Shown: piece by piece, positions 11,350 to 20,357 of the stretch
Numbering within the stretch: position 1 is the first letter of the stretch
How the letters are laid out: every line of letters begins with the position of its first letter
NCBI GenBank assembly: GCA_947072895.1
Contig: CAMTKT010000004.1
Span: forward strand, 13,090-77,089
Direction of reading: 5' to 3'
Length of the DNA: 64,000 nucleotides
From: an uncultured Bacteroides sp.
GTDB lineage: Bacteria > Bacteroidota > Bacteroidia > Bacteroidales > Bacteroidaceae
The notes under the pieces: generated by a model
What the model was told of the DNA's origin: nothing
The model's input: only the letters and a program-made list of their open reading frames with translations
Database searches by the model: none
Program-made: the position numbers and the translations under genes

Positions 11350-12450
11350 TTATTGGACTGTCAGATTATGTATTAATTCCCAAGCCGGGCTTACAGTGAT
11401 AACGATATTCTGGTCATTCAGCAAGTCGATAGGCGAGTCTTCATCACCCGGCTGGCCCGGATTTCCCGGAGTACTGCCATCTGTACTTCCTGTTGATTTT
11501 TTTATACCTAATGAGTAGAAATGATTGGCCTGTAAAGAGAATACGTTAGTTGTTCCATCCAGTACGGACCATGTTTTTACTACATTACCATCAGTATCGT
11601 AAAGTCCTAAGGTAAATTGCACATTGGCTACAGGTATCATGAAAGCACCTGCCAATTGTGAATTGTCAACTTTAATCACACCTTGGCCGCTCAAGTCGTT
11701 TCCGGTATAAACTCCGTTATTGACAGTTTGTCCGTTCATGTCAATCTGAAATATCTGATAGGCTGCCGTTTCAGTGCTGACTCCCGTTCCGGTGCTCAGA
11801 TTCACACGTTTGTTGGCATCGGTAGCTGTTAGGCGAATGTATCTTACTGTCTTGTTGACACCGGATTCATTGTTCAATTGTTGCGGTACATTCTTGAAAT
11901 ATCCCAATACGCCGGCTACTTTACGGGTCATCAGAATGCTTACACGGCTTCCGTCCGTAATCGTTGCATCGGCAGATCCGGCAAAGATTTCACTTTCACC
12001 TCCATTGGCTGCTACCATAGCTTCTACATTGGCATACGATGTATTGTCCACGACAAAGGGATCAGGAGTAACGGTGTAGGTATCTGATGCGTCACGTCCT
12101 ACAGCTAAGAACTTGTAAGTTCCTGCAACCAGGTCATCCGTACCAACTACTTCAAAACGTTTGAATGTAGTTCCGGCTGTCCACCCACTGATGTCGTAGG
12201 TCTTCTTGTACAGGAAGTCTCCGGATCCGTTGCTCATAAAAGCGTATACTTTTACGTTGGTAATGTTTTGCACTGCTTCTTGGCTGTAAAGTGCGCCGCG
12301 GCTACCCATCCCATTTGTCAGATTGTTGACTGCTGATACTTCAAAGGTTACTCCGCTTTTGGGGGTGGATTCGTTAGAAGGGGAATCGTCATTATTGGAG
12401 CACGAAAATAAGAACGCGCTTGCCATCATAAGGAAAATAAATTTTTTCAT
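11350..12450 (-). CDS. fimbrillin-like lipoprotein (type V pilin family)
   Basis: Lipoprotein signal (LFSCSNN) and an Arg about 50 aa in (GMGSR/GA), as at the prepilin cleavage site. Has the EIFAG...MTRKVAGV motif and a C-terminal ...ITVSPAWELIH strand. Paralogue of 13456-14550. Confidence 0.65.
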   Translation of the reverse strand: MKKFIFLMMASAFLFSCSNNDDSPSNESTPKSGVTFEVSAVNNLTNGMGSRGALYSQEAVQNITNVKVYAFMSNGSGDFLYKKTYDISGWTAGTTFKRFEVVGTDDLVAGTYKFLAVGRDASDTYTVTPDPFVVDNTSYANVEAMVAANGGESEIFAGSADATITDGSRVSILMTRKVAGVLGYFKNVPQQLNNESGVNKTVRYIRLTATDANKRVNLSTGTGVSTETAAYQIFQIDMNGQTVNNGVYTGNDLSGQGVIKVDNSQLAGAFMIPVANVQFTLGLYDTDGNVVKTWSVLDGTTNVFSLQANHFYSLGIKKSTGSTDGSTPGNPGQPGDEDSPIDLLNDQNIVITVSPAWELIHNLTVQ

Positions 12451-12488
12451 AAGTTGAAAAGTTTAGTGAATGAATTTATAAAAAAAAA

Positions 12489-13379
12489 TTAAGATATATC
12501 CAGATGGTGTATCAAAGTCCATCTGCCGTCGGCATAGACTGAGATGTCCCATGTCTGGTTTAAGTTATTATAGTCAACCCGGATTGCTGTCAGTTTATTA
12601 CGGCTCATCGTTATTTTAGTTTCCGGAATGATGAGGGGTAATACTGCACTACGGGATTCGGGGGTATGGAAAGAAATATATATCAATGTGGAGCCTTCTG
12701 TAGGGGTAGGGGCTAACAGTATTTCGTTTATGTTTTTCAGAGGCTGGTCTATAGTTACTTCCGTATCTCCTTTGTAAACCAGATGCTCGTCCGATGTTTG
12801 GTTGATATGTTTGATGTTTGCTTGCAAGCGGGTGTAGTTCTCGGGAAAATTAGTACATAATATGAATAGCTTTCCCTTGGTCCGTTCCATGGATAGGGTG
12901 TGAGAACTGGGGCATAGTCCTATTTTCAGTGATGAGTTTGCCACAAAGAGGTCTGTATACTCCTTCCCATCGGCATGTAAAGTTCCCGGTGAAACGCCGG
13001 TGGTAAGATTCCCCCATACAGAGAGTTCATAATTGCCTTTCGGAATATTCGTTAATTGTAAACTATGCGAAATGTTGTTGTCTGTAATCTCCATGATGGT
13101 GGATTCATAAGTCGTTTGGCCGGTATCTGTATTCCGCAACAGGTAATATATGTTACTGGAAAAACAACGGAAAGGCAACTGCTCGTCTACCGGAGCTACT
13201 TCCGGGAAGCTACTGACATTAAAATAGTTCTTGTCCTTGATCTTGATATTGACTGTATGCGAAACCACACATTCTTCATCTCCATCTTTGATGCATGAAC
13301 TGGATAATGTCGATAACATCAGGAAGTATGTGATATATAAAATGTTCTTTGCCATTATTCTGTTTGTTGTATAACTCAT
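12489..13379 (-). CDS. FimB/Mfa2-like fimbrial anchor-type lipoprotein
   Basis: About 290 aa with signal ...LSSSC followed by IKDGDEEC, and C-terminal DISVYADGRWTLIHHLDIS. Position inside the pilin cluster supports the call. The start may be the internal Met at 13355. Confidence 0.5.
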   Translation of the reverse strand: MSYTTNRIMAKNILYITYFLMLSTLSSSCIKDGDEECVVSHTVNIKIKDKNYFNVSSFPEVAPVDEQLPFRCFSSNIYYLLRNTDTGQTTYESTIMEITDNNISHSLQLTNIPKGNYELSVWGNLTTGVSPGTLHADGKEYTDLFVANSSLKIGLCPSSHTLSMERTKGKLFILCTNFPENYTRLQANIKHINQTSDEHLVYKGDTEVTIDQPLKNINEILLAPTPTEGSTLIYISFHTPESRSAVLPLIIPETKITMSRNKLTAIRVDYNNLNQTWDISVYADGRWTLIHHLDIS

Positions 13380-13455
13380 TTGGATACTTCAAGTATAACA
13401 CATGCCGTAAAAATAAGTTCAATGAATACTTCAATTCTTTGTAAAAATGATTTTA

Positions 13456-14550
13456 TTATATGTTTCCACCTAAATTAATAGGATTGGCGGATGTGCCGAT
13501 ACTATAAAAGTGGTTGGCAATAATAGGAAAACGGTAATCGGATTCCTGATCGATAATGCCGGTTCCTTGTCCGGTAGAACTGTCCAGAATATCTCCCGCA
13601 GTCAGTTTTACGCGTTTGGAACTAACTATACTTCCGTCTGTTGCCACCACTTCTATCAGTATGGTGTAATTATAGCTGTCTGCGGCCGGCGGGGCAGGAG
13701 TGGGGAGTACATATACGCCTTTGGAAACTGTTGTACCCGTGTTTCCCGGGGCAGGAATGGTAAACAGTACCTTGCTGTCCGTATTGGCAGTAGCCGGGCT
13801 GGCGATATAATCCAGAAATAAAGGTTTCTGCCGGCGTTTGATGAGGGGCACACTCTTGTTTTGCTGTGTGTATAGGGAGACTCGTATGCTGGATACTGTT
13901 TTAAGTCCCACGGTGGTGGGTACATGGGTAAACCATCCGGTGATCCCTGCCACCCGGCGATACATATCTATCCGTCCGTTGTTGAGGCCGTACATGGTGG
14001 GGGTGATGGTGGAGTACCCTGCGAAAAGCTCCGATTGGGAAATTGCTGTCCAATTGGCTCCCGAGGTGAGGATGGCATTTGCATTTCCCAGTGTGGTAGG
14101 AGTGCCGGAAGCAGTGATGGCGGTTGGCAGTCCGTATGTGGTTCCCGACTGGTCATCCAGCCCTACTGCCAGGAAGGTATAGGGATTTCCTATGATGAAG
14201 TTGTTATACTTCACTTTGTATTTCATCTGGGCGTTATTGGTAGGGGGAATGTTGCCGAAATGCTCCGCCCATCCTATGTTTTCGGAGGCGATGCAGGTGG
14301 CATTGTCTCCGGTTCCCTGGAAGATGTATAGTTGTACATATTGTACGTGTTGTGTATTGCCTGTACCCTCCACTGCTGAGCGTGTCTCCGGTTCACCGGC
14401 AATATTGAACAGGAGGGAAATTTCTCCTGCCTGTTCGCCCGGAGTTGGTTTTTCAAACAAGTTGTCGTCCTTCTGGCAGGCTGTAAACATGAAGAGCAGA
14501 CAGCTTGCTGTCTGAAGGAGAAAGTTCGTTCTATTTATTTTCTTATTCAT
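13456..14550 (-). CDS. fimbrillin-like lipoprotein (type V pilin family)
   Basis: Lipoprotein signal (FTACQKD), Arg site (GEPETR/SAV), SELFAGY...MYRRVAGITGWF and ANHFYSIG motifs shared with 11350-12450. Confidence 0.65.
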   Translation of the reverse strand: MNKKINRTNFLLQTASCLLFMFTACQKDDNLFEKPTPGEQAGEISLLFNIAGEPETRSAVEGTGNTQHVQYVQLYIFQGTGDNATCIASENIGWAEHFGNIPPTNNAQMKYKVKYNNFIIGNPYTFLAVGLDDQSGTTYGLPTAITASGTPTTLGNANAILTSGANWTAISQSELFAGYSTITPTMYGLNNGRIDMYRRVAGITGWFTHVPTTVGLKTVSSIRVSLYTQQNKSVPLIKRRQKPLFLDYIASPATANTDSKVLFTIPAPGNTGTTVSKGVYVLPTPAPPAADSYNYTILIEVVATDGSIVSSKRVKLTAGDILDSSTGQGTGIIDQESDYRFPIIANHFYSIGTSANPINLGGNI

Positions 14551-14594
14551 GATTTGTTAAGGGTTATGGTTTTTATATTTATGCAGAATTGGTT

Positions 14595-17500
14595 TTAATA
14601 GCTACCTGTGGACATTCCTTTTGAATATTGTTTCATGTCAATCACACCTGCACCCGTTACGGCTCGTGCAGCGGCACTACGGACAGTGGTTTCCGGTTGC
14701 TGGGTAAGCATATCATCCGTATAAATCAGCGTGACCTGGGTGGTGGCACTGCTCAAAGTCACAAAGAATGCCTGCATGGGGGCAATATAAGCATAGCCGT
14801 TGGCACTGGTCAGCAATGTACCGTTTGGGTCTATCATCGGATTCTGTGCGTTACCGTCGTATACCTTCACTGCCGTAACATGGGTATTCTGAGCCAGGAA
14901 TTTGGCCACGTCAATATGAGCCATGAACATATTTCCTGCCAGGAAGGTATTGCTGGAGTTCAGGTTGGTCAGTGTGACGTTGAAAGAACTTGGGATGCTT
15001 CCGTCTGAATTCTCGTAAATGAATCGTCCGCTGTTGGTACGTGCAATTCCTGTTTCGTTATACGTCGAACCACTGCCCGAAGCATTGAAATAGGTAAATT
15101 GCGAATGCGTTTTTGGGAAACGGAAAGTAAGCGTGTTCACGTTCAGATTCTCTTTATCGGCCAGCATGGAGAAGCCTTCACCGGATTTATAGGCATACGA
15201 GAGTGAATTGAACGGGGTTGTCCAGTTGGTGGCATCGGGAGCTACGTTGACATGGGTCAATACGCTGTTCACAAATTTCTTGCCCGGTGCGTTCACATTC
15301 CACAAGCGTTGGTAAACGCGCGGACCGAAACGGTTCTCCAGGGAATTGGCTGCATTCAGCTGGGTGAAATAGGGTGCAGTACCCTGATTGCCGTTCATGG
15401 ATGCAGGGATGAACATATCACCCGACACCATATTTTTCAGTGGAGCCGAAAGCATGTAATATCTTCCCGGAAACAGTGACAGTTCCACCCATGCCTGGAC
15501 GTAGGTGAGGTATTGGGTATGCACCACTTCTCCACCCGGTGCAAAGTGGATATAATTGCAATTATTTGCTTCTGTTGATTTCAGAGACGGATAACGGACA
15601 CAGTTACCGGGGATGATTACATTGGTACAGCTCCAGGGAACTCCGTTGTCCCAGTTGTTCCAGGTATTCCAGTCAGTGGTGGCGGCATTGGTCTTCCAAG
15701 TGGTCTGTAAGGGGTGTACGGCAGCGTGGATTCCGTTCCATATTACCTGTGCGCCATCCAGAATAGAGATGTAATAATCTCCCGGAGGCATTTGAGTGGC
15801 GGTCATTGTCTGACTGGCAGACAGGGTTACAGTTTTGGTGGTCAGCGCGTTGTTGTTGCCATAGTTGTAACAGTTCAGCGTATAAGTCTTTCCCACTGTA
15901 CCTCCGGTGACATTGATAACCACATCGTAAGTACCTGTGCCGGCATTGGCGCAGACGTGTTCGGATGCGGCTACGGCATTGGTGATGGAAGTGGTGGGGT
16001 TATCATTGTCTTCCGCGCAGTCGGGAATTCCGTTCCCATCCGAATCCTGACGGGTATAGATTCCATATATCTGAGTGGTATTCAGCGCACTTGCTACCGC
16101 TGGGAAGGTTATGCGTACTTCATTATAGGCAGCAGTGGGAGTGGCTTGTATGTAGATGTTTCCGGAGGAGCCTGTTACGTCTAGGTTCAGAAGGGTTCCG
16201 CCAGAGGTACCTCCCACCAGAGTTCCATTGTTGTATACATTCAGCATGGTGGCATTCAGCAAATCGAGGTTGGCCAGGTAAGTGGGGTTGCTTATGATGA
16301 AACCTATCGGGCGGTTGGCATCCAGGGTGTTGAATTTCACGGCTACGGTGGTTGCACCTATCACATTCGTATAAATTACGGTGGCATAGGAGGACAGGCT
16401 TCCGTCTATCATATTTCCCAAATTATTGAATGAGCCGCCTGCGGAGGCTACGGCATTTATCTTGGTTTCGGCATAATGGATATTTGCCCCATAATTGGTG
16501 GGGGTAAGCAATTCTATGCAGGCTTCAGTAGCCGCCTGGCTGGGACAGGCCGAAGCAATGGGTTCCCAAAAGGCATTGTACAGGCGAAATTTTCCCAGAT
16601 TGAGGTTTAATACTCCTGCGGTCCATAGTTCTATCTTATTGAACTTCGTAGTAGTGTTTACACTGAAACGAACCTTGTTTCCACTGTTTCCAGCCAGTTC
16701 GGCAGAAACGGCATTGTTACCGGTGGTGGTACTTTGGAATACCAGTGTATTGTTGTCATAAAGCCGTATCTGGAACGCTTTCAAAGCACTAACTCCCAGC
16801 AGGCCATTACTGGTCTGCATGGTGAATCCGGTACGTATGGCGGCGCCGGTGCTGTTGATGTAAGTTCCTGTCCGGATACCTACAATGGAAGTGTTGGCAA
16901 GCAGGCTGGTTATATTGTGATAGGTGGCATAGTTGTCCGGGTTGTCATCGGTCAGATTGCCAATGTTCTTTGCCTTGTCGTAGATGGTCGCTATGCTTCC
17001 TCCTCCTGTGGGTTGGTAGGCACTGGCGTTGTAGGCAGTGCCAATCAGGGTGCTACAGTTTGTTCCGTTCATTCCTGTGGCATTGCGGGTGATAATGGCG
17101 GACTGTGTGGAGGCCACGCCATCCTTGGTATAGGTGGCGGTAAGGGTATAGTCACCGTTTACCGTCATTCCGCTTATTTTATTTCCGGCTACGGTGGGCA
17201 TTGCTCCTGCCGGGGCATTGGTAATGGTCCAGGTCACTGTACCTATGGTAGGAGGAGTGAGTTGGTAATAGTTGTTGCTGGTCGTAGCATTGCCTATGGA
17301 GAAATAGCTGGAAAGGTCTACAGCGATAGGATCGCGCACAAAAGCATAGTTCACAGTGGTGGAACCAAGTGACACGTTCACTCCATTATATTTGATACGT
17401 ATCTGTGAGCAAGGCTTTTTTATAATCATACTGATTTGGCTTCCTTTCCCTGCTGCAAGAGCAGAGATGCCTAATAGCGAGTTTATGGTTATTTCCTCTT

Positions 17501-18491
17501 GCTGGATATTATTGTTGTCAAAGGTTGTCAGTTGGATGCCCCCGGCCAGATTGATGGATAAAAGATCAACATTGGAAGTAAAGAAACCTATTTCGGAACC
17601 GGCGGATACGGTGGTGCCGAGGTTGACAGTAATGTACGGGTTTGATAATAGGCCCGCTAGTGTTCCGAAAGTAGCTCCGTCTGTCAAGTCGGCATTTACC
17701 AATTTGGCGGCTTGAGCACTAAGGAGAAGGCTTGTCCATCCGGTTTCTAGGCCGGCATTGTAATGTATGGCCGCATTGGGAAAGTAAGTTCCCCCTGTTA
17801 CAACCGGCTTTATCGGATTCTCTCCCACAAAAGCATAATATAGATTCAGGCTGTTGAGCACTGCCAATGAGATGCCTGTCATGCCTATTTTTATTTCATC
17901 AAAGGGTTTTGTCAATCCGGTTGATATGGAAATGGCTTGCTGTCCATCGTTGTTGCCTGCGCTCAGCATATTCAAAGCCAGGGTGGTTGCGCCAGTGTCT
18001 CCTCCTACAGTCTCCTGTTCTTGCCCATTTAAGAAGGTTTTCAGCCAGAAGCCTTTCAATACGTTGGCCGTCAGTAGGGAAGTGTTGGATATCTTGTACA
18101 CAAATCCTGCTACCTGTCCTCCGGCATATACATGATTGATATCACGTACGGAAGCAAGCTGATTGCTAAGCAAGTCTGCAAGGGCGGCTCCACCGAAAGA
18201 GGCATAATTGGTTAAGTCCATATCCGTCATGTTGCTGATTCCTCCATTGGCATTCAGTACGGCAATCAGCGAATTGGATATGTCGTCAATGATGCGTCCT
18301 TGTCCTACTAGAGGAACTCTTTTGTTTGCCGTCCAGGTCTTGTCGGCGTTTTGGATAAGGGGGGATGAACCGGTAGTGGCACGTGCTTCAAATTGAGGAT
18401 TCATCGGAAGAGGCGTATCCAGTTCTTCATCCTGACAACTTGCGAAGAGTGTCAGAAATGTTAAGAGGAATATACGGCAGATTGCTTTCAT
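14595..18491 (-). CDS. 1298-aa modular surface lipoprotein (putative pilus-associated adhesin)
   Basis: Lipoprotein signal (LFASCQDE) and four internally similar modules of about 150-170 aa. Also an Ig-like stretch, a DSDGNGIPDCAEDND thrombospondin-type-3-like Ca motif, and a C-terminal domain starting WKTNAATTDWNTWNNWDNGVPW. First gene of the pilin operon. Confidence 0.6.
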   Translation of the reverse strand: MKAICRIFLLTFLTLFASCQDEELDTPLPMNPQFEARATTGSSPLIQNADKTWTANKRVPLVGQGRIIDDISNSLIAVLNANGGISNMTDMDLTNYASFGGAALADLLSNQLASVRDINHVYAGGQVAGFVYKISNTSLLTANVLKGFWLKTFLNGQEQETVGGDTGATTLALNMLSAGNNDGQQAISISTGLTKPFDEIKIGMTGISLAVLNSLNLYYAFVGENPIKPVVTGGTYFPNAAIHYNAGLETGWTSLLLSAQAAKLVNADLTDGATFGTLAGLLSNPYITVNLGTTVSAGSEIGFFTSNVDLLSINLAGGIQLTTFDNNNIQQEEITINSLLGISALAAGKGSQISMIIKKPCSQIRIKYNGVNVSLGSTTVNYAFVRDPIAVDLSSYFSIGNATTSNNYYQLTPPTIGTVTWTITNAPAGAMPTVAGNKISGMTVNGDYTLTATYTKDGVASTQSAIITRNATGMNGTNCSTLIGTAYNASAYQPTGGGSIATIYDKAKNIGNLTDDNPDNYATYHNITSLLANTSIVGIRTGTYINSTGAAIRTGFTMQTSNGLLGVSALKAFQIRLYDNNTLVFQSTTTGNNAVSAELAGNSGNKVRFSVNTTTKFNKIELWTAGVLNLNLGKFRLYNAFWEPIASACPSQAATEACIELLTPTNYGANIHYAETKINAVASAGGSFNNLGNMIDGSLSSYATVIYTNVIGATTVAVKFNTLDANRPIGFIISNPTYLANLDLLNATMLNVYNNGTLVGGTSGGTLLNLDVTGSSGNIYIQATPTAAYNEVRITFPAVASALNTTQIYGIYTRQDSDGNGIPDCAEDNDNPTTSITNAVAASEHVCANAGTGTYDVVINVTGGTVGKTYTLNCYNYGNNNALTTKTVTLSASQTMTATQMPPGDYYISILDGAQVIWNGIHAAVHPLQTTWKTNAATTDWNTWNNWDNGVPWSCTNVIIPGNCVRYPSLKSTEANNCNYIHFAPGGEVVHTQYLTYVQAWVELSLFPGRYYMLSAPLKNMVSGDMFIPASMNGNQGTAPYFTQLNAANSLENRFGPRVYQRLWNVNAPGKKFVNSVLTHVNVAPDATNWTTPFNSLSYAYKSGEGFSMLADKENLNVNTLTFRFPKTHSQFTYFNASGSGSTYNETGIARTNSGRFIYENSDGSIPSSFNVTLTNLNSSNTFLAGNMFMAHIDVAKFLAQNTHVTAVKVYDGNAQNPMIDPNGTLLTSANGYAYIAPMQAFFVTLSSATTQVTLIYTDDMLTQQPETTVRSAAARAVTGAGVIDMKQYSKGMSTGSY

Positions 18492-18755
18492 TTGTTAAAT
18501 GTTATTTATTTAGTCAGAGTTAAGTCTACTAACTTCTAAATTCAACATAAACGAAAGAAAAAGGTTTTAAGAAATGGTCGGAATAACTGGTTGATTCTGT
18601 TGAGAGAGTACAAAATATGCCTTTCTGCGTCTTTCCTTTATAGGAAATTAATTTAATAAGAAAAACAAAGACCCGGAACTGGATAAACTCCCGTTTACCA
18701 ACGAATGGATCTTGTTTAACACTAACCATTTCTTTATAGAATTCTATACTCCGAT

Positions 18756-18763
18756 CAAAGATA
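18756..18763 (-). promoter_or_regulatory. Bacteroides -7 box TAtcTTTG (minus strand) for the pilus-like operon
   Basis: CAAAGATA on the plus strand, about 265 nt upstream of the ATG at 18491. This implies a long 5' leader. Confidence 0.4.
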
Positions 18764-18960
18764 GGATATGAGCCTTATTCTCTTATCATTATTACGGATT
18801 AAAAGATTGCTTTCTTTATAAAATAGGTGGACGACGGAGAAAATTTCATTCAGCATTCAGCGTGAATTTCCTGAGCGTTTGTTTCTTCTCGATAATTTCG
18901 TTTCGAAGTTTGTGTCCCGAAAAAAATATCGGGAAAGAAAAGAATAGCCTGTATCACAGC

Positions 18961-19446
18961 TTAAGCGTGTCTGTTATTATTGAAGACACTTTTCAATTTA
19001 CTGTAAATGCTAAATATAATATCTGTTTTGGAAAACAGTTCATTCAAAATGGCGGCAACATCTGTTTCAAGCAAGGGGTAATCGTGTGAAATCTCATTTC
19101 TCAATTCACGTATATAAGTCCATTCATCAGCACTTGGAATAATAAGATAACGTTCCAGACGGTTCAGAATGTCACGCATAGGAAGTGCGGTGATGTCTTC
19201 ATCCAGATATTCCAATATGTATCGGAATATTTTTGCTCCCATGGAGTCCTGCAATTTGGAAAAGCGAAATATGAATTGGTCTATGCAGCGGACTTGTTCT
19301 GTTGTCAAGTTGGAATAACAATCCGCAGACATGGGAATTTTGACCCCTAATCCTTCAAGAGCTTCATTTATACGAAGAATATGCTTGTCGCATACATCAA
19401 ATTCCCGTTCCAGGCGTTCTGTTATCTCTTTTTTCTTTTCTGTCAT
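18961..19446 (-). CDS. HEPN-domain toxin (HepT-like) of a MNT/HEPN pair
   Basis: 161 aa with an R-x4-H motif (ELRNEISHDYP) near the C-terminus. The ATGA overlap with the upstream MNT gene indicates translational coupling. Confidence 0.7.
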   Translation of the reverse strand: MTEKKKEITERLEREFDVCDKHILRINEALEGLGVKIPMSADCYSNLTTEQVRCIDQFIFRFSKLQDSMGAKIFRYILEYLDEDITALPMRDILNRLERYLIIPSADEWTYIRELRNEISHDYPLLETDVAAILNELFSKTDIIFSIYSKLKSVFNNNRHA

Positions 19447-19733
19447 ATCAATTGTATTCCGTTTTTCAAAGCTTCCTGCACTACCGGTGAATCCTCATGG
19501 TCACCGATGACGTCAATCTTTTGGTCGCCCAAATGCAGTTTCAAGCGTGCGGTCATGCGGATGCGCGCCAATACACCCTTCTTTTCTCCCGTGCTGCGGA
19601 CTAATAGATCAATATCTCCTCCGCGCTTTTCGTCATTCAGACGGGAACCGAAGAGATATACCTGCACTGTTTCACCATAAATATCTTTGGCTATTTGGAT
19701 GATGGTCTGTATTTCTTTAGATTGCAAACGCAT
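19443..19733 (-). CDS. minimal nucleotidyltransferase (MntA-like antitoxin)
   Basis: Has the VYLFGSRLNDEKRGGDIDLLV nucleotidyltransferase G-S...D-x-D motif. The start at 19733 (MRLQSKE) lies downstream of the -7 box at 19757-19764; the track start at 19781 lies upstream of it. Confidence 0.75.
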   Translation of the reverse strand: MRLQSKEIQTIIQIAKDIYGETVQVYLFGSRLNDEKRGGDIDLLVRSTGEKKGVLARIRMTARLKLHLGDQKIDVIGDHEDSPVVQEALKNGIQLI

Positions 19734-19756
19734 GCGCTTATTCTCCTTTCTCACCG

Positions 19757-19764
19757 CAAAGCTA
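19757..19764 (-). promoter_or_regulatory. Bacteroides -7 box TAgcTTTG (minus strand) for the MNT/HEPN operon
   Basis: CAAAGCTA on the plus strand, 24 nt upstream of the ATG at 19733. Confidence 0.45.
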
Positions 19765-19882
19765 CATATTCCCCTCCACATTTCCTAGCGTCCGCCATCC
19801 TTATTTCATGTTCGGAGGAAGAAAAAGTAATGTTGGATGTTCTAAAAATGAAAAAAATCAACACGAATAATATATTTATTCC

Positions 19883-19890
19883 TACTTTTG
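19883..19890 (+). promoter_or_regulatory. Bacteroides -7 box TActTTTG for the micro-ORF pair
   Basis: Exact TAnnTTTG match 32 nt upstream of the ATG at 19922. Confidence 0.45.
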
Positions 19891-19921
19891 TGCTTTTTAC
19901 ATTTTAAATCCTATTAACATT

Positions 19922-19990
19922 ATGGACAAATTAAAATTTATAAGAAAAATAGTGGCAGATTGCAGTTCCTTCAGAAACTGGAGATACTAA
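19922..19990 (+). CDS. 22-aa micro-ORF (MDKLKFIRKIVADCSSFRNWRY)
   Basis: ATG at 19922; the stop TAA overlaps the next ATG (TAATG at 19988-19992). No homology evidence is available, so coding status is uncertain. Confidence 0.25.
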   Translation: MDKLKFIRKIVADCSSFRNWRY

Positions 19991-20202
19991 TGATGAAATA
20001 CCGCCTGTCCGGTGAAGGATACACCGATGAGGAGATGAGGGTTCTGAAACGCATGTGTAAGGATATACTGGCTGATATAAACGAGTTTATACGGAAAAAG
20101 GAGGAAAAGAAGAAGAAAGAGCGGAAAGAGAAGAAAGAGCGGAAAGAGAAGAAAGAGCGGAAAGAGAAGAAAGAAAGGGAAAAGAAGAAAGAAAGGAAAT
20201 AA
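19990..20202 (+). CDS. 70-aa protein with Lys/Glu-rich tandem-repeat tail
   Basis: MMKYRLSGEGYTDEEMRVLKRMCKDILADINEFIRKKEE followed by (ERKEKK)n. The track ORF starts at TTG 19960; ATG at 19990 is preferred. Confidence 0.45.
   Translation: MMKYRLSGEGYTDEEMRVLKRMCKDILADINEFIRKKEEKKKKERKEKKERKEKKERKEKKEREKKKERK
20119..20190 (+). repeat. 18-bp tandem repeat GAGCGGAAAGAGAAGAAA x3 perfect plus 1 degenerate
   Basis: Units at 20119-20136, 20137-20154 and 20155-20172 are identical; 20173-20190 is degenerate. In frame, each encodes ERKEKK. Confidence 0.95.
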
Positions 20203-20244
20203 GGAATAAAATGTGAAAAGACATTAAAAGGAAGCCTCCCGGTT

Positions 20245-20310
20245 ATTTGTACACTTGCGTAATAAATGGGTATTGTAAATCAGTGCTTTACATTCGCCAA
20301 GTGTACAAAT
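20245..20310. repeat. 13-bp perfect inverted repeat ATTTGTACACTTG/CAAGTGTACAAAT with a nested inner palindrome
   Basis: Arms at 20245-20257 and 20298-20310. The 40-nt spacer contains TGTAAA...TTTACA. Confidence 0.9.
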
Positions 20311-20339
20311 TTAACTTTTGATTGTATGGGTTTGCAATG

Positions 20340-20347
20340 TACTTTTG
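20340..20347 (+). promoter_or_regulatory. Bacteroides -7 box TActTTTG upstream of the primase-helicase gene
   Basis: Exact TAnnTTTG match 54 nt upstream of the ATG at 20401. Confidence 0.45.
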
Positions 20348-20357
20348 CCTTCATGGT

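Noticed and set aside
13510-14515. Several 60-135-aa ORFs on both strands inside the 364-aa pilin gene
   Set aside because: They all overlap the longer lipoprotein ORF that has a signal peptide and a paralogue. They are Gly/Arg/Pro-rich off-frame or antisense translations.
18529-18729. 66-aa minus-strand ORF in the leader of the pilus-like operon
   Set aside because: Low-complexity, AT-rich, with no recognisable features. More likely it is untranslated leader.
20101-20202. Purine-rich repeat tract considered as a CRISPR-like or satellite array
   Set aside because: The units are contiguous 18-mers with no spacers and are in frame within an ORF. This is a coding tandem repeat, not a CRISPR array.
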